Below, piece after piece: positions 1-12,439 of a DNA stretch of 64,000 nt (its first letter is position 1; every line of letters begins with the position of its first letter). The stretch lies in NCBI RefSeq assembly GCF_006345805.1, contig NC_043004.1:2418001-2482000 (forward strand), in the 5' to 3' direction. Position numbers and translations under genes: made by a program. Source of the DNA: Octopus sinensis (lineage: Eukaryota). Under the pieces are notes generated by a model. It was given only the letters and a program-made list of their open reading frames with translations. It had not been told where the DNA came from and searched no databases.

Positions 1-932
1 AATGTAAATTTAACCGACGTAGGAAATAATCCATCCGACCATCTTCGGCACGCTAACTTAGATATGCTTATTCATCAATTCTGATTTTTTTTTTCTCTTG
101 ATACGAAATCTATTTGTTGTATATTCATTACGACTAACAAAATATCAATAAGGTATTATTTAAGTGTAAGGGATAAACTACATTTTAATCATGATATTTT
201 TCCGTAATCTTTTGACGCTTATTAATATTTCAGTATTAAACTCCAATCATCACATATATGCAGATATCATTTTCAATAGGATTTGACAATACGAGCAAAA
301 TCATAGGGAAAAAAAGCAGAGAAAAAAACAGAGAAAAAATCAAGCCTGAATTACATACAAAAAACCCCAACATGTAAGTTCTTATGATTCCTGGTATGCT
401 TTACAAGGTCATATATAATTTTTAAATGCAGTATATATTGTAAAATATCAAGTTTATATAAAGCTGATATTCTCCAGCAAGATATTATTAACAGAAAATT
501 ACAATAAGAATCTCTATTCAACTGAAGGATACAGGCTGTAATTTTTATATTAATTATTTATTATACGGCTGTACCAAAAGAGAACGTACACCATATTTCT
601 ACATTCCGCTGATCAATTATCCTATAAATATTTATGGTAATGTATACATAGGTGACGATGAATTATATTAATATATTTGCATGCTTAACTGATCCTACTA
701 TATAGCGTATCGTATAGATTATTTCAGAATAATATCTTTAATATCGCACGAAAATTGTTTGCGTACATATACAACAAAAGTTGTACAAACAACGCGCATG
801 AGACTCAGAAATACGCAGACAAAACTATGCACACATACACACACACATTCATATAAATAAGTATACATATAAATACGCATATACTGACGCATACACAGTC
901 ACTTACACAGACAGATGGGCCCATATAAGGAT

Positions 933-958
933 ATATATATATATATATATTTGTAAGC

Positions 959-1030
<72 letters not shown>
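933..1030. repeat. (TA)n microsatellite
   Basis: Near-pure TA dinucleotide run; source of the poly-IY pseudo-ORFs at 899-1109. Confidence 0.98.
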
Positions 1031-1036
<6 letters not shown>

Positions 1037-1613
1037 GCTTACAAATATGCATGCAGACAAACAGGCAATACACATATATACATAACATGGCACCGTCAAC
1101 ATCAGACATGCAGGCGTAGAGGACGTTTTTTAAAATGCATTTTTTTAAAAAGTGTTTTCTTACAATAATGCTTACTGCCGCCTAAATCAGTCTCTGGTTT
1201 ATTTCTCTTCTTATGAATAATCAAAATACCTTTTACCTTCCAACGTAGCTTGATTCAGACGGAATTACAAAACATATCTTAAACCGATGTCGCTCGTACG
1301 ATCATGGCTGATGTTGATATCAACAGCACCAACATCGCGATACCAACAAAAGCAGTATTAGGACACCCTTGAGTTATTTCAAATGAGACATAAGTACTTT
1401 TCGCACTTTATTTGTTCTTCACATTTAAAATAAGGTCTCCTTCGTATTTCTGGAAATGCTCATAATCACCTTGAATCATTTCATGAAGAAGAATTCTATG
1501 ACAAATTTCCCCTAAACTTAACATATTTTACAGCAAACAACTTCGGTAAGAAGCGTCGTTTCTTTGCACAAAAAGTGCATATTACTGATAATAATTGCTA
1601 TTCTTATTACTGA

Positions 1614-2003
1614 GGCGTAGGAGTGGCTGTGTGGTAAGTAGCTTGCTTACCAACCACATGGTTCTGGGTTCAGTCCCACTGTGTGGGACTTTGGGCAAGT
1701 GTCTTCTACTATAGCCTGGGGCCGACCAAAGCCTTGTATGTGGATTTGGTAGACGGAAACTGAAGGAAGCCTGTCGTATATATTTATATATATTTCTTTG
1801 TGTGTGTGTTTGTGTGTCTGTTTGTCATCCCAACATCGCTTGACAACCGATGATGGTGTGTCTACGTCCCCGTAACTTAGCGGTTCAGCAATAAGTACTA
1901 GGCTTACAAAGAATAAGTCCTGGGATTGATTTGCTCGACTAAAAAGGCGGTGCTCCAGCATGACCGCAGTCAAATGACTGAAACAAGTAAAAGACTAAAA
2001 GAG
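1614..2003 (+). mobile_element. tRNA-derived SINE family B (CORE-like), full length
   Basis: Head ggcgtaggagtggctgtgtggtaag...ggttcagtccc (A/B-box-like), CORE-like cttgggcaagtgtctt, internal TA/TG microsatellite, 3' aaacaagtaaaaga tail. Same family at 29983, 41419, 47880 and 48929. I cannot assign it to a named octopus family (OK/OR1/OR2) without a database. Confidence 0.9.
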
Positions 2004-2764
2004 TATTGATCTTCTCAAAACACTGAAAACTGACCAAAATCTGTCACAAGAAAGATGAAAATAATGTAAGTAACATAGTTAAACACTCGGTACTTCATTC
2101 CACGTAAATGGTTCAACGAATGTGGAATAAATTTAGCTTAGGAACATTTTCCAACAAAAGTTCGTAAAAGCCTTTTCCCATTTTTTTGAAGCCGTCGTTG
2201 AGCGACAGGCCATTCTTAACACGAATATATAAAAAGAAAAGCTCTCGTGTTGAAAGTTATTGATGATCTTACTAAGGAATATATGATATGAGATGTAAAT
2301 TACAAGTCTACAAATACTTTTAAATAGAGTTGGTATTACTCCGAAAACAATGTGTCTGCCAGTTGTATGTGTGCTAATGATATAACTAAACACAAGCAAC
2401 TTGCTGAAAAAAAACCTAAAAACTTGAAGAAAACTTCAACAATCCGCCACTCCACTTCAGACGGTTACCGGCGAAAATAAAACAAGAAAGAAATGACGAG
2501 TTCATATATGTGACCGATTACATATTATACAAAAAATAACAAATCTCTCCGGAAACTTTTCTGGCCAACCCCTTTCAAGAGCCCAAATTCAGAACGCGAA
2601 GTGAAGAATTTCTTTAGCGTAGAAAAACTTTTGAGCAATCCAGTATGAATCAAGTTTGTTACCAGTCAACAAGCATTACAGAAGCAAATAAAGAAAAACA
2701 TTACTTGTTCGCAAGAATATCTTGAAAATTTCTGGTCATGACCCGGAATAAAAGGAGACAAATC

Positions 2765-4240
2765 GTGGTTAAATTCAATTAGGGACGAATACTGTACTAA
2801 CATCTACAGTAAAACATACCAAAGTTTTAACATCATCTTCTTCGAAACAGTTACCTTGCGTAGCACTACACCGAACCTAGCGTTCCTGCTACTTTTAAAA
2901 TTCGGCTTGGAAGTCTTTTTCTGGAAGCGAGTCGACGACCTTCTGCGACTCGATGTGGAAACCTTTGATTGGTCTTTTCATCGTGGAGAAGAGATGAAAG
3001 TCCGCCGCCGGTGCTAAATCTGACAAATAGGGTGGGTGCGGAAGCGACGCCATGTTGTTTTTGGCAAGAAATGCACGAGTGAGGAGAGCTTGATCACAGG
3101 GGTCGTTGCCGTCATGAAGAATACAATTCTTCGCGTTCCACAGATCCGGCCTCTTTCGCCAAATGTTCTCCCTCGAACGCTTCGAAACGTCTCAGTAGAA
3201 CTCTAAATTGACGGTCTAGTGCTCGGGGATCGAATTCTCGTTGCACAATACTGCCGATGTTGAAAGAAACGATGAGCATGCTCTTGATTGAGTTGCGGAT
3301 CTGTCATGCCTTCTTCGGTCGTGGAGATGAAGTGATCTTTTATTGTGACGACTGCTGGTTCGTCTCAGGGTCGTACCCATAGATCCAACTCTCGACACCG
3401 GTGATGATCCTCGACATTAAGAATTCATCATTAGCAACAATCTGACGAAGATCTTGACAAACTTCGACACGGTGTTTAATCAAAACTCCACGTGGGATAT
3501 TTTGGATAATATCAGTAATATCTATTCACAATTCATCAAGTGTGCGTGAATTCTTTACAAACAAAGCGTCCTTGATATAGCCGAGTAAAAAGAAATCGAG
3601 AGGCATTATGTCTGGCGATCTGGGTGGCCAAAGGCCTTTTAGTCATCAACCTGTGTTCAAAGTTTTGTCATAAGTGAAACGAAGTGTGGCTGGCGTGAGA
3701 CAAACTTGGCAGAGACACGCCGCAATGTCAGTTCAGACGTTAGGATTGCCTTCACGGCCCCATACGATAGACCAACAACGTAAGCAATGTCGTTGATTGT
3801 GCTCCGACCATCTTCATTCACAAGCTGATAAATTTTCCCCACTTTTCCGGGGATGACACCAGTGGAAGGTCTTCCAGATCGCTTATCGTCTACAAGAGAC
3901 GTTCTTCCGCTTTTGAAGCGCCCGTGCCCCTCGAAATATTGCGTACGACCCACTGCCTCGTCACTGTAAGTTTGCTGAAGCATGCTTAATGTCTCTGTAG
4001 CAGACTTCCCAAGTTTAACGCAAACTTTCACGTTGGCTCTTTGTTCCAACTTCCTGTCCATGACAAAATCGTTGACTACTGCATACACGTGATCCCCAAA
4101 ACACAAATTTCAAACTTGCGATGTCATCGAGCACACGGCTTCAAGAAGGAGACTACTAGCTCTCACTGAGCACCGAACCATGCGCTGTCATCTGTTAGCC
4201 AGCAACAGAACTAGTCCGGGAATTGTTTCATACCACCTCG
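2765..4240 (-). mobile_element. Decayed mariner (DD34D) transposon with interrupted transposase pseudogene
   Basis: The minus strand starts TA|CGAGGTGGTATGAAACAATTCCCGGACT (mariner-type TIR, TA at 4241-4242). It encodes MDRKLEQRANVKVCVKLGKSATET...RSGRPST (HTH), then RIITGVESWIYGYDPET, ILHDGNDP, HPPYLSDLAP(A)ADFHLF and GNCFEED, with stops and frameshifts. Confidence 0.92.
3480..3680 (-). mobile_element. Fragment of a second Tc1/mariner-superfamily transposase (C-terminal part) nested in the mariner
   Basis: Translates to WPPRSPDIMPLDFFLLGYIKDALFVKNSRTLDEL, matching the WPPRSPDLxPxDFFLWGYLK motif of non-mariner Tc1-superfamily groups (rosa/DD41D-like). It lies between KFVSR and KHRVEVC of the host transposase. 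Confidence 0.75.
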
Positions 4241-5039
4241 TAACCATCCCTGAACTTTTCACCGTAGCTGTAGGTAAATATAATGGGTGGGTACTCGAAA
4301 GAGACTTAATATTCTGATACTAATACAAGAGGCTAACTTTCTACAGAAAACCTTTAACGTTTATATTATATTCCAAAGTACTATGGAAGCCCAGACTGAT
4401 ATAACAAATTGTTTTGCTAGAGCAGAGATCGATATCGTGCTATAGGAAACCAAGAATGAATCCACATCGTGTAAGCTTGAAAGAAGTTGTCTGAAAGAAT
4501 TGCTTCAGGGTCATTACGAGACCAGCAATTTAGTGATTGCTGAGCAGATAGATAGAAAGAAGGGGTGTATGGCTGTACCAACCAAATTTTGAAAGATTAA
4601 GCTGTGTGTCCGAAGAAAAAACACCCAGCAGGGAAAACTTGTAACAGTGTGCTTCGATTATAAGTATTCTCTATTTTTGCTCTTGAATTTGAACCAACAA
4701 ATTATAACAACTCATATCAGCCAAATCTAGATTTTGTAGCTCCCTCAGCACTTGGAAGTAAGCAAACGAATGATCGGGTGTTTCCTTTGCATCTACGAAA
4801 CTTAAAGTTAAGCATCTCCTGGTCAAATATTCAATGTAAATATTTTTATTTTTTCTCTATGGTATACGATTTGCATATTTAGTGTTGTTTTCTTTTGTTT
4901 GCAATCGTATCTATGTATATATATATATCTTCGTTCATTTCTATTTCTGTCCCCGCTCCCTCTCCTCCTCTCTGTCAATGTATATATTTACATTTACATA
5001 TGTACAGACGCACACACACTCACACGCACACGTGTATAC

Positions 5040-5075
<36 letters not shown>

Positions 5076-5144
5076 GTTCGCGCGCGTCTACCGTTGCAGA
5101 GGTTCTAGAGAAACTGTTATGGTATCAATATTTGACACTTTACA

Positions 5145-5315
5145 ATGCTGTGAGCTGGCAGAAACGTTAGCACGCTGGGCGAAATGCGTAGCCGTATTTC
5201 GTCTGTCTTTAGGTTCTGAGTTCAAATTCCACTGCGGTCGACATTGCCTTTCATCCTTTCGGGGCCGATAAAGTAAGTACCAGTTGCTTACTGAGGTCGA
5301 TCTAGAGAAGAAAAG
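5145..5315 (+). mobile_element. SINE family A, internally deleted, with 18-bp TSD
   Basis: Head gagctggcagaaacgttagcacg...gagttcaaattcc; aatatttgacactttaca is duplicated at 5127-5144 and 5316-5333. Confidence 0.9.
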
Positions 5316-7078
5316 AATATTTGACACTTTACATCATTTTCTAGGCTAGTTGAAAGTTCGATAAATTTGGAGGTGGGCCAAATTGTCAAAAGTTACCCAG
5401 AAAAATTGATGAGTATAAGTTCATATGCCGTAGGTAAAAAGAATAACATCAACAACCGTCGTCTTTTAACTGCGCAACAATTTTTCGTTTTATCTCTCAG
5501 ACACGCAATCATTTCTCGGACGTCGGAGTGCACTTCTTCCCACAACAATTTATCACAACCCACATAATGATCTATAAAATGGTAGTCATTCTTGTAAGTT
5601 AAATATCTGCCGATAGAAAAAGTTATTTGAATTAAGGAGTAATGTTTAACCAGCCAACATGTAATTCACTCTACAGGATTCGCTAAAAGCCACCTGACAG
5701 AAAATCCATTTAATTCCAAAATTTAAACAAAAATTTATTTGATATGAAACTTCGCTAATAAATAGACAGATAATGTGAAAAAAATAACGGTGATTTTAAA
5801 TCACAGCATTCAATTATTAAACACATATAATTGGAATGAATAAATAAAATTGAATATTTATAGAATTTGATTGACTGTCGGGTGACTTTTGGCCAAACAT
5901 GTTTAACCTGAAATGTGAAGGCGTCATGGCCTACACTATTATGTATTAGTGCTTCATTTATTGATTGTCGACATTATTGAAAGAGTAAGGAACGGTATAT
6001 TTTATAACTAGTGAATTCTTTGCTCTTTCGATGCCCACACATTTCATTTTTACCTCCACAAAAATGCAATTTTGTATGGCGCATCTTAATACAAGTCATG
6101 ATATGTACATATGTCAGTGGTTTACTGCAATGCTTCTCAAACTATCTGATGTGGTGTACCGGCAGTTTTTTTCCCCAATGTGCCAGGGACCAGTAATATT
6201 TATTTATATCGGAAACAATATATATAATGAATATAATAAAAGCTGACAATTTTTTTATCTCATATTTATTTTGTAAACAAATAATGCAATATTACATAAG
6301 CATTTCATAAGCATTTTATAATGTTTCTTTCTTTTCTGGAAACTCGCCGCGTACCAGCAGCTGATGGTTCGCAGACAGCACCCGTCCAATTACCACCACT
6401 TTAAGTAGCACTGGTTTACTGGGTAACAGTGTTACTACACTTCATTCAAAAATAATGGCTAATTGTCCGAATTAAGTTGGGTATAAAGGGCATATCCAGG
6501 ATCCAAATAACGATTGCAATTTAAAATGTAATAACAAGATGTAATTACTGAGACGATTTCCATGTACCCAGATGATAGGACTTCGGCTATGTTTAATTGG
6601 TTCGTTGCATAACAAGTATTTTACGTATTTCAATGCGTCTGAAAAGCACAACGATTGCAATGCGACAACCAAAACATTTAACCGTTTATTGGCAGCCAGA
6701 GTCGTATCTGGATTATGAGCTTATTTCAGCGGGAGATTACCTCTTATAATATTCTAACTCTCAAATCGTATGAGATTCGACTGTTCTGTTATGTCCCTGA
6801 TAAATGAAAGTCAGCCATATACAAGGTAAAATGAAGTGACCTGTAATTTTGCCCTAGAAATTTATATCCATATGCAAATTTCCTAAGTCATCTATATTAA
6901 TTTAAATATTCGAGAGATGCAGATACTCAGAATTTCTTTCGGTTTTAGTTTAATTCTTCTAGATTTTGAGTCTAAATCTACCTCTGCTTGAATTGGATGT
7001 TACAAATAACTCCTGATATAAACTGTTGAAATTTAGGCGATCATACCTATTTTCTACAAATATTTGCAAAAGAATATA

Positions 7079-7201
7079 CAGAGTGATTCAAAAGTCGCCA
7101 TACATAAGAACAATCTATTTTTTATAAGAATCAATTTTTTTTTTATTTAACTGTTTCTTATTTTTAAAATTCCTATGTATGGTGACTTTTGAATCACCCT
7201 G
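7079..7201. mobile_element. 123-bp Tc1/mariner-type MITE
   Basis: 28-bp TIRs (cagagtgattcaaaagtcgccatacata / tatgtatggtgacttttgaatcaccctg, 2 mismatches) flanked by TA at 7077-7078 and 7202-7203. Confidence 0.88.
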
Positions 7202-7769
7202 TAGATACAGGTTTTATCTCTTTGTGGACACACAAATATTGGTCCTGGGAATGTCTCCTCATTCGATTAAATTCTACTTTCTGACTTCTCAGTGACTAAA
7301 TACCCTCGTTTTCTATCTCTGGATTTACAAACCAAAACTCAGCTAAAATGGCTTATCTAATTTGCAAAATCATGCTTTTGATAGCTGACAACGAGCTTAA
7401 TTAAATATGCCCACCACTGAATATTGGTAATTGCGAAATTCAACGTAGGTATACTGACATTTCAAAATTAGAAACCTGGTTGCAGAATGTGAAAAGTCCT
7501 AAACATTTATTTGAAGATTGATTGGTAACGAAGATGCCAACGGATTGCACTCTTCGTTGATGGTTTCATCTCGGCCGAGGAAAGAATAGATCTTTGTTAC
7601 AGTGTCTTATTTCTACCTTCAGCTCTTCCTTCAGACAAAATATAGAGCCTCGATACTTAGATAAGTTCCAGATACAATTGGCCCAGGCCATGATTAACTT
7701 AAATGAAACACCTAGAAAAGATGCTTCATATTACACTCATTGTTTGGACACCATAGCCCATTTGAATAA

Positions 7770-8050
7770 AGAGTTATTTTTGTCAGAATATAGGTAAGTT
7801 ATCTAGAATTTGCTGGAGGTACTCGTTCAGGAACTCCTTGAGTGTTATGAGATCTTTTTGTTCTGTTACGTGTCTTGGCATGATGTTAAACAGTGCAGCG
7901 CCAGTTGAGGGGAAATACATCTCTGTCTTAGTATTTTGATGTGAAGCGAGTAGGAATTTTGTAGTGGACGAATGGCACAGGGACAAAACCTTGGGTAAAT
8001 TTTAATGTTGATGCCAACATCATCTGGACAATGCTATTGGAATATTTTCC
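7770..8050 (-). mobile_element. Degraded 3' end of a CR1/L2-like LINE ORF2
   Basis: ORF 7783-7986 reads FPSTGAALFNIMPRHVTEQKDLITLKEFLNEYLQQILDNLP, resembling the GPxLFNxLP...FKxxLDxFLxxIPD C-terminus of CR1-group ORF2 (recognised by eye). Confidence 0.5.
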
Positions 8051-9136
8051 ACATCACAAAAGTAATATGGCGCTAACGGTGACGTAGGAGGGAATCACGT
8101 TTGAGTTTCTCGTGTTCGAGTTCAAAGTAATACGGAAGGTATTACAGTTGCACTGTTTAAGTTGGCGTGCGATAAAATCAAGAGAATGATATTCTAAATA
8201 ACCTGCAGTATTTAGTTGTGTCTGTTTCAACCTTCCTTGTTCCAGTAAAATGAGACAAGCACCGATGTCGATTTAATCAATTCCGGCTCTCTCATAAAAT
8301 GTCTGGTCAGTGTCAACGTTAAGAATAGTTATTATTGCACGATTTATCGACATTTACGTTTGATAAGTTTTCCACTCTACTTGGAAGCAACTAAGCGTCT
8401 ATTAAACCATTAATGATCTTCAGGAAGTGCATGAACATCATAACATCGTTATTTTCCTTTTATTTTCCTTCGTCCAAAACATAAGAACTATTAAGCCTGG
8501 TAAGAAAAACACTATTTAAAAATTTATTCCAAATACTTTTTTTTATTTCATTTACTTATTCTTTTTCTTTAATGTATATAACCAAAGGTGTTAAGGTGAC
8601 GATTTTACTGATCACAAAATGGTGGTAATAATGTTCTTTGTGTGACAGAATAAAGACTGACCCCTCTTCCCCGGCAGAAATACTGCGTTGTTGGCATTGA
8701 CGGTCACATTAAAATCTCATTAAAAATTGCTCGGCTGCAAACATCGAAACTGACAGCTGTATTGTGGATATGGGCCAGATTAGCGCGAATTCTCTTCCCT
8801 TAAACGCGTCTAATCCTAGACGCCATTGTTACGATAAACGTATCTTAGGCTTGCAATAAACATCTCATCGCATCGGCAAGCATAAATAACTGGCTTTTAC
8901 ATTGTACTTTGACAAGTGTTAACCGCTAGTAAGTTCTTCCTTAACTAAACGAGATTATTGTTAGAATGTCCGTCTAAAGAGAATTCATTGGAACACGTAA
9001 AGAGTAAAGAAATAACGATCATAGTCTCACTAATCCTCTCTAGAATTTGAATCATCCTTTGATTATAAAACCTCTCCCTCTCTCTTTCTCTCTTCCCCTC
9101 TCTCTCTCCTCCTCTCCCTCCCTCTATTTCTTTCTC

Positions 9137-9174
<38 letters not shown>

Positions 9175-9296
9175 TCTGTTATTTCTAGTATTCTTTTAAT
9201 ATTTTATTCAGGTCACACTGTACCGTAATCATTTCGTTCCAGATACAATTCAAAATATTCTATTGCATTGCATTTTATTGTATGATTTTATTTCAT

Positions 9297-11904
9297 TTAA
9301 TTCCAACAAGTGACCTCATTACAGGCCAACGAATTTCTTGTTATGAGAAATATTTGAACGACCTATTGCAAACATTGCGAATCATAGAGAAAATATATAA
9401 TGGTGCAAACGGTAGCATCATAAGTGGACAAGTCTTCGACAGACGTTTCTATGCGAGTTATTTATTCCTTTTAGATAATACTTTAATTGTAGAATTTGTA
9501 GGACACCTGATCAGCTTCTTTGCCATATTTGATTGCAATTTTGTCTTCCAAATTCAAAATTACTCAAGTTCGATTCCGCCTTTGTTCCCAGCAGGATTTT
9601 GTAAAATAATACCAGTAATAAAATACAAATTATTTCAATCAGTTGTGTCTCGTTCATGCAAACTTGTGGCACTATATCGATTACTTGAAATGATGACACC
9701 AGCGTTAAATCATTTCTAATGTTAATAATATTTAGAAACTGTAATAGACATTTTAGCTTATAAAACGACAAACTTACATAAAGTTTACATGAAGACAAGC
9801 TTATATAAAGGCAAACCTTACGTAGCTGCAGGAATAGAGAAATTTAAAATTATTAAGTTATATTTTAAGCTCTAATTTCGAATCTTTCCAGGACTGAATT
9901 TGCTTGAAAGGTCAGAAATATATTGTCCTGACTCCATTTCTTAAACGAACCCTGTATATGGCGGCTTTCTTATTTTTTTATCGAATTATTGAACATATCA
10001 GTTCAAAGAAATAGAAGCAATGCAAAGAGTCTGTTTTTTTCTTTTGTGCCAATTAATTTTATGTGTTTCTTGAGTTATAGAAGAGCGAGGTTTCTGAGCA
10101 GATATATCAGCGAGTAGAAAACTTCGAGCTAGATATATAGATTTTAAATACAACACCGACTTGATTGCATAAACCTAATATATGATTAATTGAATATAAA
10201 AAAAAAATAATAAATGCGCCCTTTGTAAAGCCTAGCCAGGCTCATGGGCCCGGTTTCCCGGTTTCTATGGTGTATGTGTTCCCCAGCTGGACGGGACGCC
10301 AGTCCATCGCAGCGTTACTCATTTTTGCCCGCTGAGTGGATGGAGCAACGTGAAATGAAATGTTTTGCTCAAGAACACAACGCTTCGCCCGGTCCAGGAA
10401 TCGAAACCACAATCTTACGATCATGGGGCTGACACCCTAACCACTAAGCCACGCGTTTTAAAATATTTTTTGAGAATTTACTCTTAATTAAAATATATAT
10501 ATATGCTTATTTTATTAAATAAATGTGAAATGAATAATGGATGAATAGATATATAAAGGGAGGAATCAGTCAACCATTTTTTTATATCTTGAAGTGGTTA
10601 CTGATTTCATGTATCCTCCATACATTGGATGATGTTAGTATTCAGTGCCACTAGCATTGCTTTTTTTTTTCTGTAATGGAACAGAGGATACCCAACAGAA
10701 ATCAGGATATAAATTCCTGAACATGACTTACTGCTAAAACTGCCAACGCAGCCCCGTTCATGACTGCACTGCACAGATGACGTCTCTGTTTGTTATATTT
10801 CCTATTGTGCATTACATAACAAAATGTAATACGTCTGATTCTAGTGAAATACAGAACGAAAACAATTTCAGCGGGTATTCATCGAAAACATTTGTTAATC
10901 TCTGGGTGTCTTTAAATATACAATGTGTGATTGTATTTTAGTAAGTTGATACAACTAAAGAATTATAAATAACAAATAAATAACGGAAATTAAATAAAAC
11001 TTAAACAAATAAACAGCGGAAATTAAGAAAAATTCAAACAAGATTTAAAAAGTATGTATTTCATTTATTTCTTTCACAAAAAACTTTGTAAGCAACTCAT
11101 TGATAGGCTGTGTACGTTGTTGACAAATGTTTCATTCATAACTTCAACCAGGAAGTGTTTCATTGAAAAATACGTTGAAAAATTTACATGAGACAAGTTT
11201 CAACAGATTTTAAATGAATAATGAACGTCAATACACCAGCAACAAGAGAACCTTGCCATAAGAAACTAACAAATCGTTGGAGTTGAGGCAAATTCCTGCT
11301 GTTAAAATATTCACCCGATTCTTCTTCTTATCAACACTGATATTCAAACAAATTGACTTTCCTGTCCCTCTTCATTGACCTCTCTTTTTGACTGCAGTCA
11401 TCATTTTCTTCCGCTTCCTGTGGATCGTATCACTTACCTTTGTCTACGAACACTTTAAATTCTGTGTATTACACATGGTTTTGTACAACCATGTTTGTCA
11501 ACCTCTATACGGTTTTGACTTGTCATGCAGGAGTATGAACTTATATAGTTTTTAGAATATTTTTAATGATTTCCGATAATTCAGAGTGTGTCTACATTTT
11601 GACGCCCAATTATATAATAAGAATTTCCTAATTGATTCTAAATTAATTTTGTATGAGATCTGTGATTCGGAATAAACCCCACATGAAAATGAAACCTGAA
11701 CTGTTAGTTAAGCTTATGCAATTTATTTTAATGAATTATCACAGATAAAATTTCTGAGTTTATTGAAACAATTACATTTGTTGTCTGTATAAATTATTCG
11801 CATTATACTCGGGAGAATACTTGTTTCTTTTCACAAGAGAAAGACAAGGAAACTTACATGATCTCTATATGTCTTTCGTATCCATGAAGTAAGAATAAAA
11901 TATT
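9297..11904 (-). other. Putative spliced transcript (candidate exons 11858-11904, 10732-10840, 9778-9825, 9297-9362); coding or lncRNA unresolved
   Basis: Three short segments each have a pyrimidine-rich AG acceptor and a perfect GTAAGT donor. A fourth acceptor leads to a stop codon followed by AATAAA hexamers. The splice phases join into one open frame with no recognisable homology. Confidence 0.4.
10213..10454 (-). mobile_element. tRNA-derived SINE family C
   Basis: Minus strand gcgtggcttagtggttagggtgtcagc...ggtttcgattcctggacc (A and B boxes), then gtgttcttgagcaaaac and ctgcgatggactggcgtcccgtccag; a fragment of the same family lies at ~42765-42830. Confidence 0.85.
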
Positions 11905-12021
11905 CTAACACAGAAATAGAGATGGATTAACGTAGAAAAATAGATTAATGTAGAAATATGGAAGTACCAAAAGTACAACAGCATATTCTGAAAATGAAAT
12001 TAAAATATGTAAAGTATAATA

Positions 12022-12294
12022 GCCATCTCAATATGGCTAACCACAAAGGAGGGGGTGTTACTGTAGCTTTTAGCCCCAGGAGATCATCGTCTCCAGCTGG
12101 CTTTAGGCACACTATCTGTGCCCTTATGGTATTTGCAAAGGGAGGCCCTTATGGTATTGCAAAGGGATGGCCTCTCTTTGCAAATACCATAAGGGCACAA
12201 ATAGTGTGCCTAAAGCCAGCTGGAGACGATGATCTCCTGGGGCTAAAAGCTACAGTAACCCCCCCGCCCTTGTGGTTAGCCATATTGAGATGGC
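12022..12294. repeat. Near-perfect foldback: 126-bp inverted arms, 21-nt loop
   Basis: Arms 12022-12147 and 12169-12294 are reverse complements with 5 mismatches by manual alignment. Confidence 0.97.
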
Positions 12295-12439
12295 AATTAA
12301 ACATTGCATTGTCGAGCGGTTACTGTTTACATCTCGTTCTGAGATTTAATAATGAAATAAAAAATACTTGAGTTTAAAGTTTTTTCTAGCAGACATAATA
12401 AAATTTAGTTTCACTATAACTCTCATCATTGCCATTTTG

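Noticed and set aside
9282-9719. 145-aa plus-strand ORF
   Set aside because: No recognisable motif; it overlaps the candidate minus-strand exon and fits chance in AT-rich DNA.
11958-12371. 137-aa ORF with GC-rich, protein-like appearance
   Set aside because: It runs across the 126-bp palindrome and has no recognisable domain; most likely a by-product of the foldback.
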